Positions 41,501 through 52,969 of a stretch of DNA of 64,000 bases are shown here, one piece after another. Origin of the DNA: Ruditapes philippinarum (taxonomy: Eukaryota); contig NW_026857242.1 in the NCBI RefSeq assembly GCF_026571515.1, positions 62,001-126,000 on the forward strand. The letters run 5' to 3'. Position 1 is the first letter of the stretch. Each line of letters begins with the position of its first letter. The notes under the pieces were generated by a model. That model saw only the letters and a program-made list of their open reading frames with translations, was not told the origin of the DNA and searched no databases. A program made the position numbers and the translations under genes.

Positions 41501-44500
41501 GAGAAATGGGTCACAACAACCATAAATAACCAGTCGTCCTTAAGTATTTTAGATGTAGTTGTACAATTATTACACGAGGGAGAATACGCGTTGAAGATTT
41601 TCTCCAAACCAGCCATTGAAAGATCGAAATCGACATGGGAGAATGTTTGCAACTATTATTTGAGTACTGATCCACCTAGGGCAAATGGAGTTGAAATAAA
41701 AGATAAAGGATTTAAGGTATTTTATGTTTGCCGAGTAGGATTTTAAAAACAAGACTTTCAATGAAACTTCTATTATTCTTGTGTTCTTTTTTATTGATAT
41801 AGTTTGTCCACAGAATTTCCTGAAACTTTGGAAATTCCCTTTGAGTTTCTTATAATACTTTAATTTATCATTTGAATAAGATCAAATTTGTGTCAATTAT
41901 GTAATGATGTTGCATATGAATAGAACTGTCAAAACATTTAATACTTTACAATTATAATAATTGTTTCAACTTCAAATGATTATTACTGATTATTGTTTTC
42001 AGACTGCAAAGGAAATAAACGCACGGAAAGCTTTGCAAGAGGCCAGTAAAGGAAAGGACTTGCACGAACTGAAAGCAGCAGTGGCTGGGTTCGAGGAGGC
42101 AGGACTTTATGAGGAGGACGGTTCATTCGGTAAAGCCTCGGTAAAAATGGAGTATTTAGAGTTAGCAAAAGGTAAAAGACAATGATATAAGTCAGGAACA
42201 GTGTTCCTTCTTATAAACAAAACAATATTTAACAATTTAGTAGCTATTTTTGTATTTTTTGTACAGGCGCTAATATTAGTTGTGGTCACTAAATAACCTT
42301 GGAGAGGAACCGGCATCATTGTTGATACATGAAGTGGTATGAAGTTTTATGCAGTGTGGATTTATTATGTAATGATGTTGCATATGAATAGAAGGTGCGC
42401 ATGTTTGTAGGGTTGGTAATTCTTTATTTATTTTTCAACAAAATGAATGTTCATTATAGATAAAAAGTAGGTTGTGGCATACAAATTGCTGTGTATATGT
42501 ATGTAAAATATAGACACTATCTTTTTATTTTAGCTTTGAAAGATGCTATCAATCGTCGAAACTTTGACCTTTTGACTAAAGCTATAGACCAAGCAGAGCT
42601 ATCGGACCACGCCATTAAGCTCGGTAACCTTATAGAACAAGCCAAGGCTGAGCGAGAAAAGTTAGGACCATTCAACAAGTACATGCATGATGTGTTAGAA
42701 ATGAAACAATCAACTATTTCTGAACTGACAAGCTATTCCTATCCTACAGGGGTTATATTTGACATTCTGAAAGCAACTTTGATTCTATTAGGAGAAAGTC
42801 CTCTAGATATACAGGTAATGATTTTGTATGTGTCCTGTTCTTATATTCACTTATGTCGTTTAAATTACATTATTTAAAAACAAGCCTCCTTTATAAATGC
42901 AATTAAGTAAGTGTTTGTAAAAATTCAGTCAATGGTTATCTATAGTACATGTATATACTCGTATATTACCTGAAATGGAGAAAAACACACACTAAAAAGA
43001 TTAAGTGTATCGTGTAAGTATAAAATATCAACATCGTATAACAGCACAAGGAATGTCTGTGGCTGCACCCAGGAGCACCTTATTATAAGTCTTTCTCCAT
43101 CATTTAAGCTGGAAGGTGGTCATATGACCCTAAGTGTCGGTGTGACTTAATATTTCTCCTCGCATGCCCCCGCTCCACAAAAATATGAATAAATAGCAAA
43201 ATTAGATTAATAAGAAAGAAAAATAAAAAATAGATAAAATAAAATAAATTAGAAGCACTTCATGTTAGTAGAATTGCTAAACAACTAGACTAGAAACAAT
43301 TGGAATCTGACATTGTAGTTGTTTTGTTTTTTAAATTGTTTGATTAATAAAGTTGTTTCATTACATTGCTTTAAGAATCTTTTTAGCTTTTGTAGAAATT
43401 GTATTGTTTGTCAGTGTCTTGCTTTCAAGATATATAGATATGCTACTGAAATCATTTGTCATTTTGAGAAATGAACCAAATATAGATGTGGAGCTAACGA
43501 ATGTCATGAATCTCTCAAATATTTGCCCCACTACCAAAACAAATACTGTGGTATAACTCCTTTGTTCACATGACATAAACCTATTAGATATTTTGCATGA
43601 AAATACTGTAATCGATAGTGCAATGTTCCGTGCAAAGTTAACATAATTTATAAATAATTTCTTTGCAACTTGTTTATACAAATTAGTCATATACATTGTG
43701 TTGCTATAAATTTGAGATTGTATCACGCTTCTACAGTTTTCAAAACGCAGACAACCAAGAGAAGACACGGATTCCTGAACATACTCGATATTTTCTATTT
43801 CTTAATAGATATTATCTTGGTTTGACATGCAACATGTGGTCAATACATTGAATAAAACAGGAGATGACGTCATTAATCTCGCGTTAAGTCTTTGTCTTGG
43901 CATCCGACGATTACTATCTTAATTTCAGGATGCCAGAAAGCCATATTGAAGTAAAGAATATATTACACTGTAACACCTTTGATATTGGATGAAGCTGATT
44001 ATTGATTGAACAATTCTATTTTCTAGACATGGGAGGCAACAAAAGCTATATTCAAACGCACCGGAAGTGGAAGTATTATGCGCAGAGTGCGGGCATTTGA
44101 TGTGAGTAAGGTTTCAAACGATAAAATGATAGAAGTTGGTTCTATTATCTCAAAATATGACGATGACAGCGCACGAGCAGCGAGTGCCGGAGCCGGAACT
44201 TTCTATAAATGGGTAAAAGAATGAATTATAAATAATTTTGGCTTTGTAATAATTCTTATCGCATGGTTTGGAACTTTTCCCTTGTTCTTACTAACCCATT
44301 ATACTCAGTACACTTTGTATGAGCATTTGAAAACTGTATTGATATATAGCGGTACAGTTTTTTCATTGATTCATATAGGAAAAAAACTCGACTGCTATAT
44401 AGCGGTTGAGTTTTTTCGCACCTTCTTTATATCAGTGTAGTTTTTTTTTCACTGAGGCTCCATTGGGACAGCGGTAACGAAAATTCCCAGAAGCAATAAT

Positions 44501-45397
44501 AATAATAATAATAATGACAATAATAATGATAATAAGTAAGAAAGAAAATTAATGGAATGAAAATATTCTCATATAATTATGCAACTGCTGAAATCAAAAG
44601 GTACATCCACTGAATGAATAATTTGCACTGAAAAAGGCTGTAAGGTAGCTAACGACATCATTATCTGGGAGTGAGAAGGTGAAAAAGTGAAAGGGCACAA
44701 GAGAGAGAAATGCAATTTTTATTCTTGTATTTTTTTCTGTATTTTTTTCTGATTTCTGTTACAAAAAAATGAAAATGCGATAAAACAGTTATAGTATATG
44801 AAACTCGTTAGTAACGGGGTATAACAATGGCTGGGGCGACATTTCGGGATGTTTCATCAAAAAAATTGTCTCGGCCTAACGGCCTCGACAATTTTTTTAG
44901 CAGAAATACCCCACGATGTCGCCCAAGTCAGTGTTATATCCTCGTAACTAATTCGTTTCATATACTATAACTATTACATAGTTACTGTTGTCCGAATGTG
45001 ATATTAAGAAATGCGATTGACGTTAAAATTTTGAGCCGTGTCACGACAAAACCAACATAATGGGTTTGCAACCATCCGCGCAGTCTGATCAGGATCCATG
45101 CTGTTCGCTTACAGACCTTAAAACAAGTAAAGAAACTAATAGCGAACAGCATGGATCCTGATCAGACTGCGCGGATGCTAGTCGAAAACCCATTATATTG
45201 ATTTTAATTAAAGATCCGATTAACTTCCCACGCTTTTTTATAATTATAAATAAAGTCTTTAAACCGACTTCTGTTGTTATTTTTACATACAATAAGACTT
45301 ACTTTTCCCGTATATATTTCAGATTGACAGTGTTGTAAACGAAAGGACTGGTGGCGGAAGTGGGCTTCCGGAAAGTATAGAATATGAAAGCACATAA
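38539..45397 (+). CDS. Gene C: KY/hillarin/ltd-1-family transglutaminase-like protein (catalytically dead), two KY Ig-like domains and a C-terminal dynein MTBD-like domain (767 aa)
   Basis: Exons 38539-38616, 38980-39093, 39381-39622, 40558-41716, 42003-42171, 42534-42814, 44027-44212 and 45323-45397 join in frame (2304 nt). Family motifs include KVRSIFSW, YATLFALLCRKAGI.C.II.G.SKG.GY, WNAVYIDG-WRL, FNEYYFMVDP..I..CLPDDERWQ, P..G.Y and EGEYAL..VCNY. Confidence 0.9.
43045..43150 (+). mobile_element. SINE 3' fragment (RUDI-like mollusc SINE tail)
   Basis: ggagcacct..ttctccatcatttaagctggaaggtggtcatatgaccctaagtgtcggtgtgacttaa resembles, from memory, the 3' end of bivalve RUDI-type SINEs. Confidence 0.5.
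44786..44973. mobile_element. Palindromic MITE with a central ggcctaacggcc hairpin
   Basis: Termini agttatagtatatgaaac / gtttcatatactataact. aaaaaaattgtc / gacaattttttt flank tcggcctaacggcctc. Confidence 0.8.
45032..45204. mobile_element. Internally deleted MITE (family M1)
   Basis: Left terminus tgagccgtgtcacgacaaaa is present, both arms have deletions, and the right terminus is missing. Confidence 0.8.
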
Positions 45398-45503
45398 ACT
45401 AGTCAAATAGTTTTTGCATTATAACTTATCATGGCAAACAAATATTTCATATCGAAATATTTTTTACTGATAAATGGATTGACGTTTAAAAAGATTGGTT
45501 ACG

Positions 45504-45536
<33 letters not shown>

Positions 45537-45554
45537 AATTGATTGATTGATTGA
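45504..45554. repeat. (GATT)n microsatellite in the gene C 3' region
   Basis: ~12 tandem gatt units. Confidence 0.95.
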
Positions 45555-45882
45555 ACAATTATCTTTAAAAGGTTACATATAGTATAGAACTATTTGCTGG
45601 CTCTGGGGCATATTCAAATAGAGGCTACGGCAGACTTATTCCAAGTTTTTGTGTTAATTGTTGACTAACCAAAACAAAGATAATATACAGTGGAACATGC
45701 TCGCATAATTATGAGATCAGACTCAGCTTTTGTTTTGTTTTTTCTGAATACATACATTTTGATATATCTGCTTCAGTATTTGATCTAAAAAAACATCAGT
45801 CCATGAAATTATAGTTTTTGCATTTTTATACGTTTTCACGTATGCGCATGATAGAGTATCTCACCAATGAACTTTAAAAATA

Positions 45883-46185
45883 TACTATGCTCAAATTTGA
45901 TATGTGAAAATATTATTAATTGCTACACAGTCTTTTTGTAAATATAAAATAAACATATTTTGAATTCACACAAAGTAGTAATGGTATGCTTTAAATCACA
46001 CACACTATATATGTACACACTGTTTTTTTTAAGAAAGGAACAGTTTTACTTCACCCGTAATAAGGAACCCAGGTTCCTATACATAATTTGTACGTTCTTT
46101 TATTTAAATAAGACATGTCTAGTAAGAATTTTACAGATTTCAATAAGTTTCTGCAATAAAAATATTATACTCAAAGATGTGCATA
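45883..46185. repeat. Dispersed repeat fragment, copy 2 (similar to 8321-8659)
   Basis: Shares colinear blocks with 8321-8659. Confidence 0.75.
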
Positions 46186-48925
46186 AATATTTTTAACAAA
46201 ATTAAATTTACATTGTATAACATTTATCCTGTGTTCATGATACATGTATTATATATTCTTTATTCCATATGTGTAAATATGTGTATTATAGCGATTGTGC
46301 ATGTAAAATAGAAATCATTGTTGCCTTAATACAATTAAGTTATAGTTTCTTTAATTTTCATTTCATGGAAGGGCTTTTTACAATGTTAGAAGAACTTTCT
46401 TTTGTTGAACATTGTAAACATATCATTTGTATATTGGTGTTAACATGTACTTAAAACAATAAAATAATTTTAAACAATTATTTCTAGTTCAGAACAGACC
46501 GACAAATATTGACAATTTGAAATGTTTGTAGTTGTCGTAGATTTTTGTAATGTCTTTGATACTATTTGTAATCAATAATAATAACGTAGGAGGTCCAGAT
46601 GAAAAATACAACACAATAACAAAAAGATTATGCTGAAATGTGTTATGTATATATAAGACTTATTAAAGGGAGACAAAAACTGATGACCGTATCGCATTCA
46701 GTAGAATTCAATTATATTACTCATACACACACATATCCCAACAAATCCCATTGCAAATACTAATAGTTTTAAGTCTAGTATTAAATGCTAAGCGATTTAT
46801 CTTTTATTTAGAACCCGACAAGTCGTTGACACTAAAATATTGGGTCCTGTTTTAGATTAAAAAGCAATTTATTAGCTTACAATTTATTTTAATACATCTG
46901 TAAACTCGCTTATTTTTGTGGTAAAAACATTTCATTTGTAACAATATCACAATGAATATTGCAATTGAAAAAAAACCAGAGATTCTTTACTTCTTATACA
47001 TGTGTATGCATACTGTTCATAAATTTGTACAATGTATTGATTTGAAAATGGGTGAACTTTGATGTCTCCACATTTTCATTTGATATCCTTCTTTTTTTCA
47101 AGCATTTTAAAATCAAATGTTAATATTCTCAAATCTTTATGATTATAAATCCGCCTTAACTTAAGAATAAAAGTTCCAATGCACGAAAAATAGCAGTTTT
47201 ACAGTTCTGTATCTGACAACGATGCATGTCGACAAATATTCGTCAGCGGATTAGTGATCAATACCAGAAAATACGGGAAAATCTACAGAGTGATTTATCG
47301 TTATCCATCTACAGCTAACTATTTATGATTAACGATCATGGAGACGATTATATCAAACAGTTTGAGAACCCCTGTAATCTTTCAGCGTATTTTAATAAAC
47401 TGATAACACAGAGCTATCTAATACTCGTTTAAAAAGACAATCCATTAAAACACACTAGGCTAACATGAATGTGATGTACAAAAATCCAATCATTGTAATG
47501 GCTGTTTGAAAGGTTGTAAAATTTATTAAGTTAGCATTGTACTTCAAGTCTATAGTGGGTTCAATCCATAAAAGAATAGGGACCATAATTACTCGCATTA
47601 CAACAGTACCTAGCAGCTTTAAAATGACTAGAAAGTGATTAACATAAGTTGAATTTCGTTTTCATTTTCTAACATTTTAGATCTTTTCAATGTGTTCAAC
47701 CAGGAACGTGCATATTTAAATCTATATACCCTGGTTTAACTAATTTTTCCGAGAATATCTATAAAATCGACAATTTGCTCAATTCATTAGAATGGAAAAA
47801 TTGAATTTTGAATGTAATAAAACAAACAGTAGAGGAGTATTGAAATCATTAAATGCACAAACGCTTTCAAGACTTAAATAAATTCAAAGGCGTTCTTCTC
47901 CACCTCTCCAGCAATAAATTTTATACTCAACTACATAATATTTGATCAATATTTGTTTTCTGAATTTCATTTGCAATTCGTTTGTTGTTGGATGTTTTGT
48001 ATACTTTAAAAGGTGTAGGCTGATGTTTTGTGTAGCATTTCCATATTCAGCTTACATTTACAATGAATAGATTAAATTGACTTTGATAAAATGTGTGTCT
48101 TTCTTTAAAGGGAGAATATAAAAAATGGCGTCTGGATAAACAGATGAATAAATTAGATGATCTTTAAATACGAAGTACAACATTGAACGTATGAAAAGAG
48201 AAACAGTTTGTAAATGCCGCTGTCATAAAAGAAAACGCGTCTGAGTCTTTTTTCTGAAAATACAATGCATCTAGCAAAATATGTTTGAGCTCTACCATAT
48301 ACCTTCCAGGAAAAAAACTTAACACTAAAATTAAGAAATATGGATTAAAATATCATATATATTTTTCTTTTGAACTTCTTCATTATGATCAATTTACTTC
48401 AGTGTCAAAATATGCTCATGAGAAAGAACACATTTGTTACATTGTATAAGATGTCGAGCATGCATAATATTGTCCAGGCTGGAACAAATGATTATATTAA
48501 CATGATAAGTCATTCAGAGTGAAATGATTATCATTGTTCTGTTTAGTGCTTTGCTTTCAAATCAGAACAAATCGATATTAATAAACCCTGATTCAACACC
48601 AACAATTATAGTTGAAAAGAATTTCTATAAGAAGAACTATTTTACGGACCCTGGAATAAAGCAACAGATGCCATCAACTGTAAATTATATTGATGAAAGG
48701 TCTATATAAAAACAGGCACCTTTTCAAACTGTATCGATTATCTAAATATCTCGAAGTATAACAACGATATTTGTAGAAAAATATTTGTTACTTGAGTATA
48801 AATCACACATTATCTTGACCTGGATTTTTAACATTTTTCATTACAAAAAGAAAAGGAAAGAAGGGCATTGGTCTTGACAACATAAACCCGGAGCAAATCA
48901 CATGAGTTAGGATATAAAACATGAA

Positions 48926-49003
48926 ACTGCGCGGATGCTCAGGCTGGTCTGGATCCATGCTGGTCGCAAGCACACTATGTTGGTTTTGTCATGACGTGGC
49001 TCA
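48926..49003. mobile_element. Right-arm fragment of MITE M1
   Basis: actgcgcggatgctcaggctggtctggatccatgctggtcgc...tgacgtggctca. Confidence 0.85.
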
Positions 49004-50594
49004 TATGTGAAATTGATCAGGTATAGAAAATAAATTAATCAATGCATCAGATGAAGACAAATATATAGAAAAATATACCTGATTGACGGAACTTCATTTG
49101 TTGAATACGAGAGTCTGAAAAACAGGACAATAATAATTTCATACAAAGTGAATGAATTGTAAGGTTCTAGTCCATCAATGATTTGTTATGACAATTTTTT
49201 CATTATGATCTTGTGTGAACTCTTTTGTATTATAATGATCAATATATCATAGAGCTAATATACCCTATGTAAAATAACAGTTTAAAAAAACAATTGTTCT
49301 TATATTATATATATGACTCGTTAGAATGATATCAACATGCCTACAACCCTGACCTCGACACTTTTCAACTTTTGTTGAATTTTGAAATAAAGCCCCAAAC
49401 ACATCCGTCGATAAGTTGCTTTAATGCATTGTATTAATTTATATTTAAATTAACATCTTAAACAAACACAATATGTTATTTATAATCCTTTCTGTCATTC
49501 ATTGTAGTCATAATGATTTGTAGAATTAGTTAATGATAATCGATTAGGAGAATAGTTATATTAATTCCCTCGAGCTAAATAAAAACTGAAAAATATAATA
49601 TTTGAAAATTGCATAATTTATTTAATTGAGTCTGTTAATGACAGATATTGGAGAGTGCAATATATCTCATACCCCTTCCACAAGCCCCCCCCCCCAACCC
49701 CCAACCTCCCAACCTCATACCAGCACAATATTTCAACACTAAAGTATTAGAAATTATTGATCCTGAAGGACCTGAAGAAAAGATATCTGCCCAGAAATAA
49801 AGACATACACCACTTTAAATCGTTAATAATGATAACTTCCCATTATGATTATGCAATATAGAACCTTTTGCGTGGGAGGTGCATGTGTATAAATACATGT
49901 ATACGAAGCCTATTTCTCAATGAATACTTAAGTATTGGCCCGTTTATGTCAACACTCGTCATAATTTCTTCACTGTCAGAATGTTTGAATGTAGGGTTTT
50001 GAGGAAGATTTAGTGAGTTTTCTGATAGGAAATATCTTAGTGACAATGTTTGCCTACTTTATATATTTGTTTAAAACAACTAGCAAACATTGATATTAAA
50101 CATATGATAACCTCCTAATACAATCTCTAATATATACTGGCGTCTGAGGAAGAAATTAATGATATTCTACTACTACATCCAAAATAAACCGCAATTTTAT
50201 TGACAAAAGTCATATTTTTTTATTGTAGACATTTTGATTTCTAACAGACAGCCGTGTAATTTCCCTGTTATATAAACATTTCGCACTTTTCATTAAAGAA
50301 ATACTGTTTACGATACATAAAAAAACAAACTTATTTACACTGAAGATATAAATACTCGGATAAGTCGTTATCTGGTCTCTCTCAGTGTGTCTTTATGTGT
50401 CTCTGCAGAGATTAGTTTATTGACTCATGGTTCGTTTATTTAAAAAAAAACTTTCTTCTTGTAATTTAAATTAATAGACTTCAAACTTCAAAACTTCCTT
50501 TCCTGAATAAATTTTCTTGTTAAAGCTGCTAACTACCAATACCGCGGACATTTTCAAGTGAAAGTCAAATATTGTAAGTAACTGTGTAAAATGT

Positions 50595-50663
50595 GAAGAA
50601 GAAGAAGAAGAAGAAGAACTTTTATTTGCACTAAAGCCCTATAAAGAGCCATTGATGTGTCCC
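50595..50663 (-). mobile_element. (GAA)n microsatellite, probably the 3' tail of a minus-strand retroelement stub
   Basis: The minus strand reads ...gggctttagtgcaaataaaag(ttc)8, i.e. a polyA signal followed by a tandem tail. Confidence 0.4.
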
Positions 50664-51519
50664 TAAACGTTTTGCTTTCAATTACAGGTACATTGTATAT
50701 AACTGTTATGTTTGATGGAACTGCTTCAAGTCACATATCATTGCTGTTTGTTATGGTATATTCTAGTTTTATATTATCACCTAGATCTATACCGTTATCC
50801 GTGTAAACTGGTATTTAGTTCTATAGTGTAAACTATATAACAAAATCGTGTTTATTTTTTATGTAGACTGTCACAAAACCGTATGTTTTATTCACTACTT
50901 CGACAATTTACTTTAAACTGATTAGAGACGCCCATGTTTACATTTGAGAATAAAGAGCTACATAAAGTATAGAGAAGTGTCCTCGATTGATAACTTACCC
51001 TTACTTGAAATGATAAAGACAAACTGTTATCACGTTGAGATACATTTCTCTACAGCAAACAACTATCTAGTGACAGCCTTTATGTTATAGATTTGTTCAG
51101 TTATAGATTTGTTCACTTTAGTCATTGGTTTGTGCTACAATTTCATGCGATTTGCACATCACACTCGAAATTGATAGCGTGGTCTTATGGCTAACAATGA
51201 CACACAATATTGTACGACTTTTTGTTTAAAAAAAATTCAAATTCATTGTTTAACTAGATTATCAGAAAGAATAAGAATGTCCAGGTGCTTGTCGCATTAT
51301 GAAACAACTTGCCGAATAATTCACTTTTTCTTTTGTTTACATGCTGCTTTTCATGTCAAACACTGGTCAAATCTAAACTGTAATTTGATTTTGTTTATCC
51401 CGGGGATGGCATATATTACAACCCCTTTATTTAATTTTGTTAATTTTATATACAAAAAAAGTGAAAAGGCGTTCACGTTCTGTATACCATTCTGTAAATT
51501 AGCAATCATTTATCGCTTT

Positions 51520-51695
51520 AAGTGGTTAAGGTGTCTGCCTCTCAACTTAGGGATCATGGGTTCGAACCCTAATCGGGTCACACATGTCTCTTCATGACAC
51601 CAGTACTGGTTGGTTCCAGGAAGCAGACTCGAGAGTGATTAATATAAGTTGCAAGAACTTGTTCGCAATCTAGCTTAAATAGATATGTTTAAACT
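51520..51695 (+). mobile_element. tRNA-derived SINE (V-domain-like body)
   Basis: agtggttaagg (box A end) and gggttcgaaccc (box B), then gacaccagtactggttggttccaggaagcagactcgagagtgat, ending in an AT-rich tail. Confidence 0.75.
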
Positions 51696-52969
51696 TTAGA
51701 ATATCACGAACATTTAAAGCTGCGCGTTTCTGTCTTAATATACATTGTATTAAGAATATGTACATTAAACTTGGGCGGGATTATCTTAAAGTTTATTAGT
51801 AATATAAAAAGCTAAAAAAGATTGAAAGATACTAGATGAAGAAAAAAGTAAATAAAAGCATTAAGTGCGATAAGGGGAATATTTCATAAATTAACAATTA
51901 TTTGCGGGTGTATTGATATTCTGAATCTTCCGAATCTTGACTGGAGTAAATGAAAAAATATAAATGACATTTATAGTGTTAAAATCTGAGATACAATGCA
52001 TTGGTAATCGATTTCGAAACGTCGATCTATAATTATGCCGCGCCGTGCTTATAATTACAGAAACTTTTATTGAAGGGTTATCATGTTCTATACTGTATTT
52101 CAATATTTCTACGCTTATTCACAAAAGCTTCATATTTACAAGGTGAATATATAATTAAGGGTACAAATTCAAATAATTTCTTTTGTGAGAATGATTGGTT
52201 TTTGCCTTTTTGAAAAATGATCAACGGCACGATGTAGGAACTTATATACTTGCAATCGTCATAAGTGTTTGATTGGAGTAAAATAGTTTAAAATATGTAT
52301 GTTATTTCCAAAAGATATAAATCTGATGCAACAATGTGTTTATTCGCTCATTGAATGAAATACAGAGATAAGTTGAGGCCTGATGGATACGGTATCATAT
52401 AACAAACACGGATGGTTTTCTATCTAGAGGAAAACATCGATTGTGGTGAATTGAAAGCGCGGGCACGTACCGTAAATCATAGCAACACACTGTTTTGAAA
52501 TAAACACAAAACGGAAAATAGAGGGTTTCTGGGAAATTGAATTTAATAAACCAGAGGAAGTAAAAATAATTGGATCACTATTTAGCGTTAATTTTGAATC
52601 TGCTTTTATTGGATTTATCATTGTTTATGACATTAAGTATTTTTATGATATTAACATATTGAAGCCCAGCAAGTGAATTCAAGTACTCTTAAGTAAGGGC
52701 AAATATTTGATAATTCATTCAAAAAAGTAAAAAAAAAACGGTTTGTAAATCAAACGCACCATGGATACATCAATATTCATTATCGTTGAAAGAATGTAAA
52801 ACGGAAAAAGGAATATATGAATTTTAATTATAAAGAAAAGTGGCTTAAGAATTAATAACTTTAGTCCGGTTAAGTGCTTTATCTATATTGTCGGAGATTG
52901 AACGTGATAACGTTAAAATAAACGGTTTATATGTTAAGGGATATGGTTGACAATTGACAAATTAGAAAT

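Noticed and set aside
30734-44212. Fragments of a true dynein heavy chain gene
   Set aside because: No AAA+ Walker motifs or long stalk coiled coils are present. The MTBD-like exons splice in frame to non-dynein exons and stop shortly after.
51520-51580. tRNA genes here and at ~1330-1360, ~9360, ~26750-26813 and ~54590
   Set aside because: Box A/B-like motifs are present, but there is no complete cloverleaf or acceptor stem, and they run into SINE or TE bodies.
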